Positions 20,025 through 27,117 of a stretch of 36,874 bases of DNA are shown piece after piece. The translations under genes were made by a program, and so were the position numbers. Positions within the stretch are counted from its first letter, which is position 1, and every line of letters begins with the position of its first letter. Source of the stretch: a virus (Duplodnaviria; Caudoviricetes); IMG/VR virus record IMGVR_UViG_3300020045_000843, positions 1 through 36,874 of that record; one strand, given 5' to 3'. The notes below the pieces were generated by a model that made no database searches, was not told the DNA's origin, and worked only from the letters and a program-made list of their open reading frames with translations.

Positions 20025-20527
20025 TGCTATCTTTATTTTCAACCCTTGGCGGCTTATTGCTGTCCATGTTTCCTAAACTGATTGATTTATTCCAAAGCAA
20101 GGCAGACCAAAAACATGAAGCTGAACTAGCTCGAATTCAAACCGAGCGCGAGCTGGCTTTGGCTGCTGCTGGTTTTACTGCTCAAGCAAAGGTCGAGGAA
20201 ATCCGCACAGACCAGATTTCCATCCAAGCCGACTCGGCAATGACTCAGGCCGCTTATTTGCATGAGGCAAGGGTGCTAGAGAAGGCTGCGCCATGGGTTT
20301 CTACCTTCGTTGGTACTGTGAGGCCCATCGTCACCTATTTGTTCGTCCTAGAGCTTGTTTTCATCAATGCTGGCCTTGGTTACTATGTGTGGTCGCATCC
20401 AGAGATGATTAAGAGCGTGGAAGACTTGGTGAAGGTCGGCAATGAGATTTTCAGCGAAGATGAGATGGCGATGCTTGGCGGCATCATTGGTTACTGGTTC
20501 GGCTCTCGCGGCAACAGCAAGAAATGA
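20021..20527 (+). CDS. Holin-like membrane protein (3TM/GTA-holin-like)
   Basis: VRPIVTYLF and GIIGYWFGSR motifs; adjacent to endolysin. Confidence 0.7.
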   Translation: MMLSLFSTLGGLLLSMFPKLIDLFQSKADQKHEAELARIQTERELALAAAGFTAQAKVEEIRTDQISIQADSAMTQAAYLHEARVLEKAAPWVSTFVGTVRPIVTYLFVLELVFINAGLGYYVWSHPEMIKSVEDLVKVGNEIFSEDEMAMLGGIIGYWFGSRGNSKK

Positions 20528-21045
20528 AAACCAGCGACAAAGGCATTGAGCTGATGCACAAGTTTGAGGGCTATCGAGACAAGCCCTACCAGTGCAGCGC
20601 CTTCATGTGGACGATTGGATGGGGTCATGTCATTTATCAAGACCAAATCAAATACCCCATTGTTCGCAAGGAAGGCTACACAGGGATGCTCAGACCAGAG
20701 TACCCTCTAAGACCTGAACACAATAGAGTTTGGAGCAAGGATGAATTGGTTAAGATTTTTAAAGATGACCTCGGCTCTTTCGAGCGTGGTGTTCTTAGAC
20801 TTGCTCCCAATCTTGTTGGTCGTCAAGGCGCATTCGACGCTTGCGTTGCGTTTTCCTTTAATGTCGGATTGGGGAATTTTCAGAAGTCTTCCATTCGTAT
20901 GAACATTAACAGAGGAGAATGGGAGGCGGCTTCTGATGCATTCAAGCAATGGACAAAAGCCGGAGGCAAAGTGCTGAAAGGTCTAGTTCGACGCAGGGAT
21001 GCTGAAATAGAACTGTTCAACACCTCTATCGAGAAAGATAGTTGA
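20524..21045 (+). CDS. Endolysin, GH24 lysozyme
   Basis: KFEG...PYQC....WTIGWGH, FDACVAFSFNVGLGNF, GGKVLKGLVRRRDAE. Confidence 0.95.
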   Translation: MKTSDKGIELMHKFEGYRDKPYQCSAFMWTIGWGHVIYQDQIKYPIVRKEGYTGMLRPEYPLRPEHNRVWSKDELVKIFKDDLGSFERGVLRLAPNLVGRQGAFDACVAFSFNVGLGNFQKSSIRMNINRGEWEAASDAFKQWTKAGGKVLKGLVRRRDAEIELFNTSIEKDS

Positions 21046-21121
21046 ACGCAATCACAAATGATGCAATGGCGACAGCCACGACAGCAAAGATGAATGCGAC
21101 TAGATTAATGACGTTTTCCAA
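21026..21121 (-). CDS. Putative 31-aa membrane peptide
   Basis: TTG start; MENVINLVAFIFAVVAVAIASFVIAFNYLSR; GGA upstream; read by eye. Confidence 0.45.
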   Translation of the reverse strand: MENVINLVAFIFAVVAVAIASFVIAFNYLSR

Positions 21122-21314
21122 TGTTGTGTTCCTTTGCTTCGCCTAGAGTGTCAAAGTATTCATCACAGACCTTGCATCGCCACAGGATTTGTCTTGTGAC
21201 TTTTGCAAGGTTCTGTTCTTTACCCCGATAGCTTATTAGAACCCTTGAGTCGCCCCGTAGCGACATCACGGACTCTAAATTGGACGGCAATTTTCGATTT
21301 GTTGACTTGTTCAC
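21105..21314 (-). CDS. Small protein with zinc-finger-like C-terminus
   Basis: WRCKVCDEYFDTLGEAKEH; true start uncertain. Confidence 0.55.
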   Translation of the reverse strand: MNKSTNRKLPSNLESVMSLRGDSRVLISYRGKEQNLAKVTRQILWRCKVCDEYFDTLGEAKEHNIGKRH

Positions 21315-21414
21315 GAATCTTTTTGACTTTGGGTTTCAGTTTCGTTTCTGGCTTCGGTTCCGGCTTCGGCCACGGAGCGTTTGGCGCCAGAACTGTCTTG
21401 ATTGAATTGCTCAT
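21220..21414 (-). CDS. Hypothetical Pro/Lys-rich protein
   Basis: VLAPNAPWPKPEPKP; overlaps both neighbours so only partly supported. Confidence 0.4.
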   Translation of the reverse strand: MSNSIKTVLAPNAPWPKPEPKPETKLKPKVKKIREQVNKSKIAVQFRVRDVATGRLKGSNKLSG

Positions 21415-21502
21415 TTGTCTTCCCAAAAATTGCGTCAAAGTTTCGTTTGAATGTTTCGTTGTCTACGCTGAAAGGTCGTGGTGCGCTGCCTTTTCCGCTC
21501 AT
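21311..21502 (-). CDS. Hypothetical small phage protein
   Basis: MSGKGSAPRP...NFDAIFG; ATGA coupled; GGAGG SD. Confidence 0.6.
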   Translation of the reverse strand: MSGKGSAPRPFSVDNETFKRNFDAIFGKTNEQFNQDSSGAKRSVAEAGTEARNETETQSQKDS

Positions 21503-21804
21503 AAGACCTCCGCTGATTTGAGCTTGCCGGTTTCACCATCAAAGGTGAGTTTTAAAGAATCCATTTGACTTTTCCAAGATGTAATGTTGCTGTCTAGCAC
21601 TTTCTGACCTTCAACAGTATCAAAGGTAGCAAAGTAAACGTAATCAGGCTTTGGCTCTGGCTTGATGCGGTATTCAGCGTCTTTTCTCCATGATGGTGTG
21701 GCGTTTTCGGGATATGGATACCATTCGCCCATATCTAGAACTTCAATATTGGCCCCATCAGCCCAAGCCTTAATAAGTTCTGCGTGTTTGTGTGGTGTTT
21801 TCAT
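21499..21804 (-). CDS. Hypothetical phage protein
   Basis: PHKHAELIKAWADGA...PSW....YRIKP motif; ATGA coupling. Confidence 0.75.
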   Translation of the reverse strand: MKTPHKHAELIKAWADGANIEVLDMGEWYPYPENATPSWRKDAEYRIKPEPKPDYVYFATFDTVEGQKVLDSNITSWKSQMDSLKLTFDGETGKLKSAEVL

Positions 21805-21998
21805 TTCTTTGCTTTCTTTGGCGCTCCTGCGCGTGAATAGGTGTAGAACTCAGTGGCTTCAATTGATGGTTTCTTTGAACGAGCCAAAGAGCCGTATTTC
21901 TTGCCATTGGCCGTTTGGTCTGCTTCTTTGCGAATGGCTGACATGAATTGAGGCATATACGTTTGAACGTATGATGGATGGAATGCGTTGATGGTCAT
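21801..21998 (-). CDS. Hypothetical protein
   Basis: MTINAFHPSYVQTY; GGAG SD; ATGA coupling at both ends. Confidence 0.6.
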   Translation of the reverse strand: MTINAFHPSYVQTYMPQFMSAIRKEADQTANGKKYGSLARSKKPSIEATEFYTYSRAGAPKKAKK

Positions 21999-22114
21999 AG
22001 CATCTCCCATCCAAAGCATAAAGCAAGCCACAGCAATTTGCAGACAAGCCCAACGGCGCACAGGAAAAGCATTGAAAGTATCACGCTTGATACAAGGTCA
22101 AAAAATGATTTCAC
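21995..22114 (-). CDS. 39-aa membrane peptide
   Basis: GTG start; MKSFFDLVSSVILSMLFLCAVGLVCKLLWLALCFGWEML; GTGA/ATGA overlaps at both ends. Confidence 0.6.
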   Translation of the reverse strand: MKSFFDLVSSVILSMLFLCAVGLVCKLLWLALCFGWEML

Positions 22115-22185
22115 CAGAAAATCCAATCTAAAAAAGCTGCTGCCACTACGAGCATGAAAAGAATGTGGGTGTCGGTTATTGGCAT
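22111..22185 (-). CDS. 24-aa membrane peptide
   Basis: MPITDTHILFMLVVAAAFLDWIFW; GAGGA upstream; stop overlaps next start. Confidence 0.5.
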   Translation of the reverse strand: MPITDTHILFMLVVAAAFLDWIFW

Positions 22186-22469
22186 TTCATAATCCTCTGT
22201 TGACGGCCTGATTTGCCTACTCGCGTTCCGTCTATCTTGATGTAGCCCTTTTCCAGAAGTGCTTTGTATCTCGCTGTGACGCTTGAATAGGGGAGCGTGG
22301 GGAAAAGTTCTAACACTTGGTCGCTGATACATCCGTTGTCTCCAAATGATTTGATGGCTTCATAGACCATCTTTTCTAGTTTCGTAGTGTCCACCTTTTC
22401 GGCGGCTTCAAATGATGTTTGTGGGTCATGTTTGCGAAATAACTTCGCGAGGTGTGTTCCAAAGTTCAT
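22176..22469 (-). CDS. Winged-helix DNA-binding protein
   Basis: DPQTS.EAA, YSSVTARYKALLEKGYI...G.R...SGR.Q helix-wing pattern. Confidence 0.7.
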   Translation of the reverse strand: MNFGTHLAKLFRKHDPQTSFEAAEKVDTTKLEKMVYEAIKSFGDNGCISDQVLELFPTLPYSSVTARYKALLEKGYIKIDGTRVGKSGRQQRIMKCQ

Positions 22470-22489
22470 GTCTTATCCTGTTTTATAGG

Positions 22490-22558
22490 TGGGGGTACTC
22501 GCTGCACTGTTATCCGTCTGGGGTTAGCCTATCTTTCACAGCATCCGCTTTCCCCCCC
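22490..22558 (-). ncRNA. Candidate structured RNA element (long hairpin with loop-E-like internal loop)
   Basis: Minus strand GGGGG-AAAGCGGA-UGCUGU...ACAGUG-CAGCGAGUA-CCCCC in an intergenic gap. Confidence 0.45.
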
Positions 22559-22565
22559 GTAAAAC

Positions 22566-22781
22566 TTACTTCGTTTCTTTAATCTCCATTTGGTCTGGAG
22601 ATTTTGCATTCTCAACCGAGCAACCTTTGCTGATTGCGTCAACCAAATCATCCTGTGTTGCCACACGGAGAGTCAGCATAGAGTTTGCAACATGAGACAA
22701 AGCCTGTGAGCGAACACTTGCTTTAACCAAACGGATGTCGCCACTTGGAGTGCCGACGAGATAGATACGTTGTGTAGCCAT
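22566..22781 (-). CDS. Hypothetical phage protein
   Basis: RIYLV....RLVKA....QALSHVA.....VATQDDLV; AGGA SD. Confidence 0.75.
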   Translation of the reverse strand: MATQRIYLVGTPSGDIRLVKASVRSQALSHVANSMLTLRVATQDDLVDAISKGCSVENAKSPDQMEIKETK

Positions 22782-22795
22782 TGTGATTTCCTGTC

Positions 22796-22987
22796 TTATT
22801 TGAATGCTTCGTTTTTGGCGTTGACCATAGCGATAGCTGTGTTTTTTGCGGCCTGTGCAATTGCAACAGGGTCAACATTCACGCCAAATGGGATTTGACC
22901 GAGAATGCCGTTGGTGGCAAACGCGAGGAACATTTTGAAGTCTTCGCGGTCTACCTCTGCGACTGGTGGTTGAACTTGCTCGGTCAT
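22796..22987 (-). CDS. Hypothetical protein
   Basis: ATGA coupled to upstream peptide gene; 63 aa. Confidence 0.6.
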   Translation of the reverse strand: MTEQVQPPVAEVDREDFKMFLAFATNGILGQIPFGVNVDPVAIAQAAKNTAIAMVNAKNEAFK

Positions 22988-23112
22988 ACACCGCATCCGC
23001 AAATTTGCTTACCATTCATGCCGACATAGCAGCGGTATGGAGCGTATTGAGGGCAAGATGCAGCGGCAATGCCGGAAGCAACTAAGAGAGCGATAGCAAT
23101 GAGTTTTTTCAT
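22984..23112 (-). CDS. 42-aa secreted cysteine-rich peptide
   Basis: MKKLIAIALLVASGIAAA signal-like leader, then SCPQYAPYRCYVGMNGKQICGCGV; AAGGA SD. Confidence 0.7.
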   Translation of the reverse strand: MKKLIAIALLVASGIAAASCPQYAPYRCYVGMNGKQICGCGV

Positions 23113-23122
23113 GTGATGTCCT

Positions 23123-23407
23123 TTATTGTTTAGACTGTTGATAAATCTTTTCCGCAAGCAAATATCCTTCAAGCGGCCACATTTTGTCAATGGCGTTTTC
23201 AAAGGCGTATTTCTCGCCAAGGGCTTGGTTGTAATTTGCAGGGTCTACACAGGCTGATTGGCCTTCAATGGAAAAGTTATTTTCCAAAATCAGTTGACAA
23301 ATTGTTGTCTTGCCATTAGGCAGCAATGTGTATGTTGTGCTTTTAATTTTTGCCATCATGTCGCTTAACGACACTTTGTTTGGCAATGCATCTTGAACTT
23401 CTGTCAT
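23123..23407 (-). CDS. Phage gp49/gp66-family protein
   Basis: TTIC.L.LENNFSIEGQSACVDPANYNQALGEKYAFENA..KMWPLEGYLL. Confidence 0.85.
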   Translation of the reverse strand: MTEVQDALPNKVSLSDMMAKIKSTTYTLLPNGKTTICQLILENNFSIEGQSACVDPANYNQALGEKYAFENAIDKMWPLEGYLLAEKIYQQSKQ

Positions 23408-23415
23408 GTGATGTC

Positions 23416-23907
23416 CTATTTGATAGTTAAACGGTCTTTTGTGACGATGTGAGCGCCTTCAATCTCTTTGCCACCCATCAAGGCTTGCTTGATTTTTGAC
23501 TTAGAGGGTTCTGGCGGCTTTGGGTCTTCACAAAGCTCGGGTGGAAATGTTGCATCTGTCTCAATCACAACGGAACTGTCGCGGTTGAGATAGAGCTTCA
23601 CTTTGAAAGACCCATCATCTGCCAAGAATTCAGTCCTACCCACGGCCCTCATGTGGTCGGCAAGGTATTTCTTCAATCTCTCAGATTTCTTCTTCTGGGA
23701 CTCTCGCAGCGCCGTGACTCGTTTAAGTACGGCGGTTGCCTGTTCCACTTCCAATTCTGTATTCAGAATGTAAGCGGCGACCTGTGACAGCTTATCGCTA
23801 ATCTGGTCATGTAACTCCTCGAAGCGGGGCGTCATCACCCCGTCTTCGTCGAACATTTCGTCAAGATGCTGACGAAACTCGTTGGTAAGAGCGTAGAGGG
23901 ATGCCAT
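23416..23907 (-). CDS. Siphovirus Gp157-family (Gam-like) protein
   Basis: SLYAL start, coiled-coil, LKKYL..M, K.KIKQAL..G.EIEGAHIV...RL.IK. Confidence 0.85.
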   Translation of the reverse strand: MASLYALTNEFRQHLDEMFDEDGVMTPRFEELHDQISDKLSQVAAYILNTELEVEQATAVLKRVTALRESQKKKSERLKKYLADHMRAVGRTEFLADDGSFKVKLYLNRDSSVVIETDATFPPELCEDPKPPEPSKSKIKQALMGGKEIEGAHIVTKDRLTIK

Positions 23908-23909
23908 TC

Positions 23910-24518
23910 TTAGAACGGAATTTCCATGTCGTCGTAGTTCACGCCAGATTGCAGCTCTGCAAACTGTGGTGACTTCTTGATGTTTTCCTGAATCCACTCA
24001 GGAAGCGCGTTGAAGGCGTCCCAGTCTGGTTCGGTCATGTCAAAGTAAATGACATCGTTCACAGGGTCTGGCTTCTCGTTGCGGAACTCGGCAGACACTG
24101 GCTTGACATCGGCCACGTTTGTGTACGTGCGACCGTCTTTTTGCGTGTGAGTGACTTTGACCATGCAGTACGCGCCGACAACTTTTTTGACTTCAAAGCC
24201 GTCCAGTTGAGCCTGCGTGAATGGAATGCCGCGCCAAGACTCCAAATCCTTGCGCAGAGCCGATGTTTCAGCCAAAGACAGGGTATAGGTCTTACCAATG
24301 GTCATTTGCTTCTGAACGCCGTCGATTTCGATTGTCATTGGTGTGCCGTCAGGCTCATAGCCAAGCAGCTCCCACTGAATGCGAACCTTGTGCTGTCCGG
24401 CGCTGTATTCGGTAACTTGGTCGCCCATGTCGGCAAACATATAGCATCGTGCGATGTGTGTTCCTACGGGGATTTTCTTGAAGTCTTTACTTCCGTTGTC
24501 TTTTGCCACTAAAGCCAT
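23910..24518 (-). CDS. Putative single-stranded DNA-binding protein
   Basis: P.GTH.ARCY...D.G.Q, YTLSL...S.LRKDLESWRG, YTNV; acidic SSB-type tail DDMEIPF; AAGGA SD. Confidence 0.7.
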   Translation of the reverse strand: MALVAKDNGSKDFKKIPVGTHIARCYMFADMGDQVTEYSAGQHKVRIQWELLGYEPDGTPMTIEIDGVQKQMTIGKTYTLSLAETSALRKDLESWRGIPFTQAQLDGFEVKKVVGAYCMVKVTHTQKDGRTYTNVADVKPVSAEFRNEKPDPVNDVIYFDMTEPDWDAFNALPEWIQENIKKSPQFAELQSGVNYDDMEIPF

Positions 24519-24543
24519 TTTGATTTCCTTTGTGATACCGCAA

Positions 24544-24750
24544 TTAAAGGCCTGCGGAAATGCCTTTTTCCATTTGTTCAATCAGATTCTTTTGAGCTTG
24601 CATGACTTTCTCTGCGTGGGCGAGAAGGTCGCATAGCTCATGGATTGCTGACTCAAGGTAGCCGACATGGAAAGCCAATCGAGCATCTTGATTTTTGCTG
24701 TGACCAGCCGCCGCAGCGCGAGCTGCATCAATGACGATAAATGGACTCAT
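24544..24750 (-). CDS. Hypothetical protein
   Basis: ARLAFHVGYLESAIHELC; ATGA coupling. Confidence 0.65.
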   Translation of the reverse strand: MSPFIVIDAARAAAAGHSKNQDARLAFHVGYLESAIHELCDLLAHAEKVMQAQKNLIEQMEKGISAGL

Positions 24751-24818
24751 ACTGCCGTCCAAAAAATGATGAATGCAATGAATGCAATGGTCAATAGGAT
24801 TTTGTTCAATAGGTTCAT
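24747..24818 (-). CDS. 23-aa membrane peptide
   Basis: MNLLNKILLTIAFIAFIIFWTAV; ATGA overlaps at both ends. Confidence 0.6.
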   Translation of the reverse strand: MNLLNKILLTIAFIAFIIFWTAV

Positions 24819-25066
24819 GGCTCTTGCGCCTCCTTGATTGCTTGTTCCATGTTGTCCTCGCAAAGACCCTCAATTTCGAGTCGGTCTTCACTGGTCAACT
24901 GCTCCCAAATGTCTTTCTTTCCTCGAATGACATGGATTTCCCACAGGTCACGTTCACCAACAGTTTTATCGCCGGGCAAGAATGTGTAGTTCACCAGAAC
25001 GTCAGGGTATTGTTCTGTTGACCACTCATCAAGGTAATGCTCAAAACTGTTGGAAAAGTTCTTCAT
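24815..25066 (-). CDS. Hypothetical acidic protein
   Basis: 83-aa ORF tiled in leftward operon. Confidence 0.7.
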   Translation of the reverse strand: MKNFSNSFEHYLDEWSTEQYPDVLVNYTFLPGDKTVGERDLWEIHVIRGKKDIWEQLTSEDRLEIEGLCEDNMEQAIKEAQEP

Positions 25067-25067
25067 T

Positions 25068-25388
25068 TCAATCCCCGAGTGAGTGGACTAAACATTGCTC
25101 CAAGGCTTTGAAATAGGTCTTGGCGCGTTCTGTGGTGACAAGGTATTTGGTGCGACGATTCTTTCCCTTGTAAACGTGGTCAATGTAACCAGCGTCACGC
25201 AAGGCATCAAGTCGTCGGTGCATGGTGGCAGGAGAGGCAATCAGATGCAATTCCATAGCCTGCATGACTGTGAACGGCCTTTCGCTGCTTTCAGCCAAAG
25301 CAATCGCTTCCAAGAGTCTAATGCAACTTGGGTCGCAGTTGAACTTGATTAGGCTGGCAAGTCCAAGAAAATTCATGTAGCGTTTCAT
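25068..25388 (-). CDS. MarR-like winged-helix regulator (first gene of leftward operon)
   Basis: ASPATMHRRLDALRDAGYI...KNRRTKYLVTTERA; AGGA SD before ATG 25388. Confidence 0.8.
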   Translation of the reverse strand: MKRYMNFLGLASLIKFNCDPSCIRLLEAIALAESSERPFTVMQAMELHLIASPATMHRRLDALRDAGYIDHVYKGKNRRTKYLVTTERAKTYFKALEQCLVHSLGD

Positions 25389-25415
25389 GTGTTGTCCTAT
25401 GTTGTTGGTGAATGA

Positions 25416-25499
25416 AGTATACACAGATAAACAGCAAAAACAACAACCTTTGAAAAAAAAGTTGAAGATAGTTAACGGTATAGTGAAATCAACTATAAT
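25416..25499. promoter_or_regulatory. Divergent promoter region with three 16-bp operator-like sites
   Basis: GTATA-N6-TAAAC 25417-32, GTTGA-N6-TTAAC 25461-76, GTATA-N6-TCAAC 25478-93; rightward -10 TATAAT 25494-99; leftward -10 TATACT 25421-16. Confidence 0.7.
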
Positions 25500-25506
25500 C
25501 GAGTCC

Positions 25507-25686
25507 ATGAAAAAAGCAGACGCAATCAAATTGGCTGGCAGTGCCATCAAACTTGCCAAGGTTCTCGGCATCACAAAAGGTGCTGTTTCTCATTGGGGTG
25601 AAGACATCCCAAAGGGACGAGAATACGAACTCCGATACATCAAACCAGAGTGGTTCGTTCCACAGAAAGAAAAGGAAGCAGCATGA
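25507..25686 (+). CDS. cro: Cro-like HTH regulator (P22/N15-type)
   Basis: MKKADAIKLAGSAIKLAKVLGITKGAVSHWGEDIP..R..EL; first gene of rightward operon. Confidence 0.88.
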   Translation: MKKADAIKLAGSAIKLAKVLGITKGAVSHWGEDIPKGREYELRYIKPEWFVPQKEKEAA

Positions 25687-25940
25687 GCAAGATTTACGCT
25701 GGTGCTGTATGCCTTGTTGTGGGTGGCACAGATGGTTTGAATGTTGGCAAAAAAGTCCGTGTAGCATCATTGCAAGGTGAGCATTCAAAGTTGGGAAGAA
25801 TTTGGCGTTGCACCGCTATGGATTCACAGCTTGTCACCGAATATGGCGCAATCGGAATCTCCGCTGATTTCGCTCAAGATTGGCTTCAACCAATTCCACC
25901 CGTCACAGCAAAACCTCAACAAATGAAAGAAGCAGCATGA
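25683..25940 (+). CDS. Hypothetical protein
   Basis: ATGA coupled at both ends; 85 aa. Confidence 0.7.
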   Translation: MSKIYAGAVCLVVGGTDGLNVGKKVRVASLQGEHSKLGRIWRCTAMDSQLVTEYGAIGISADFAQDWLQPIPPVTAKPQQMKEAA

Positions 25941-26242
25941 GCTACGCAGAAGTCGAAATGAAAGTCATCCAATGGTCGGAGGCTCGAAAGATTATCCCGA
26001 ACAGCACCCCCATCGCCCAATGGAAAAAGGCCGCAGAAAAGCTGGATGAGCTTCGTGATGCTTTGGTGAAGAATGACCTTGCTTTGGCGATTGACGGCGT
26101 TGGTGACACCGTGGTATGCCTCATCAACATCTGTGCCTTGCTCGACATTAGCTTGACGGAATGCTTAAAGGTTGCCTACGAGGAAATCAAAGACCGCAAA
26201 GGCACGATGAACGCAGAAGGAATCTTCGTCAAAGAAGTGTGA
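25937..26242 (+). CDS. MazG-like nucleotide pyrophosphohydrolase family protein
   Basis: VIQWSEARKI, DGVGDTVVCLI, CLKVAYEEIKDRKG...G.FVKE. Confidence 0.85.
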   Translation: MSYAEVEMKVIQWSEARKIIPNSTPIAQWKKAAEKLDELRDALVKNDLALAIDGVGDTVVCLINICALLDISLTECLKVAYEEIKDRKGTMNAEGIFVKEV

Positions 26243-26252
26243 TATAGTTTCT

Positions 26253-26322
26253 GAAACAGCGGCTAGGTCGGGATTTGCTCCCCGACCGAAAAGAGTTACC
26301 CCCTTCTCCTGCCGATTGTTTC
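26253..26322 (+). ncRNA. Candidate structured leader upstream of replication initiator
   Basis: GAAACAGCGGC (26253-63) pairs with GCCGATTGTTTC (26311-22), enclosing GGTCGGG/CCCGACC hairpin; extended -10 TGATATAGT at 26240-48. Confidence 0.45.
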
Positions 26323-26349
26323 TTCTCAAAGGGGCGGTTTAAGGCGGGT

Positions 26350-27117
26350 ATGCACTACTACCAATTCAACATCGGTGACTATGCCAGTCACACAAGGAAT
26401 CTTTCACTTCTGGAAGATTTGGCCTATCGTCGTCTGCTTGACGAATACTATCTCCATGAACAGCCGTTGAACCCGAGTGTAGCGCTCGTTGCCCGGCACA
26501 TAGGGATGCAAGGGCATGAGGATGAAGTCAAATTCGTCTTGGAAACCTTCTTTGAACCTACTGATTTCGGGTGGGTAAACAACAGGGCAAACCAAGAAAT
26601 CGAGCATTTCAGGGCTAAAAGTGAACAAGCGTCCAGAGCAGGAAAAGCATCCGCAGCTCGAAGGCTCAACAATCGTTCAACGGACGTTCAACCAACCAAT
26701 AACCAAGAACCAATAACCAATAACCAAAAGAATACAAAGCGTCCTTCGGTCGCTCCGCCTGTCGGCGTGTCACCAGAAGTTTGGGAATCTTTTGTCAAAC
26801 ATCGCAAAGCGAAGAAGGCTCAACTCACTCAACTCGTGATTGACACCATTGCCGAGCAAGCGAACAAGGCTGGCTGGACGCTGGAGAAGGCTTTGACCGA
26901 GTGCGTGGTGAGGAACTGGCAGTCATTCCGCGCGGATTGGGTTGCTCAACAGGCTCAACGATTGCCGGGCAAGGATGTAGCGCACATGACTACACCGCCC
27001 CCGCCAAACCAAGATGCTGCCTTGCGGAAGATTGAGGCAGACCGAAAGAACGCTGTGCCGATGCCAGCGAACATCAAAGCCAAGATGGCTGAATTGACAA
27101 AGGGTTTGAAGGTATGA
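26350..27117 (+). CDS. Replication initiator, YdaU/DUF1376 family (lambda O analogue)
   Basis: MHYYQFNIGDYASHT..LSLLEDLAYRRLLDEYY..E.PL; C-terminal W..F..HRK.K and NWQSFRADW; internal repeats. Confidence 0.85.
   Translation: MHYYQFNIGDYASHTRNLSLLEDLAYRRLLDEYYLHEQPLNPSVALVARHIGMQGHEDEVKFVLETFFEPTDFGWVNNRANQEIEHFRAKSEQASRAGKASAARRLNNRSTDVQPTNNQEPITNNQKNTKRPSVAPPVGVSPEVWESFVKHRKAKKAQLTQLVIDTIAEQANKAGWTLEKALTECVVRNWQSFRADWVAQQAQRLPGKDVAHMTTPPPPNQDAALRKIEADRKNAVPMPANIKAKMAELTKGLKV
26664..26727 (+). repeat. Iteron-like repeats inside initiator gene (candidate origin)
   Basis: CGTTCAAC at 26674 and 26685; five tandem AACCAA(T/G) 7-mers at 26694-26727. Confidence 0.6.

Noticed and set aside
22490-26322. 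tRNA genes or known self-cleaving ribozymes in the two structured intergenic elements
   Set aside because: No cloverleaf with T-loop GTTC, and no hammerhead CUGAUGA core recognised by eye
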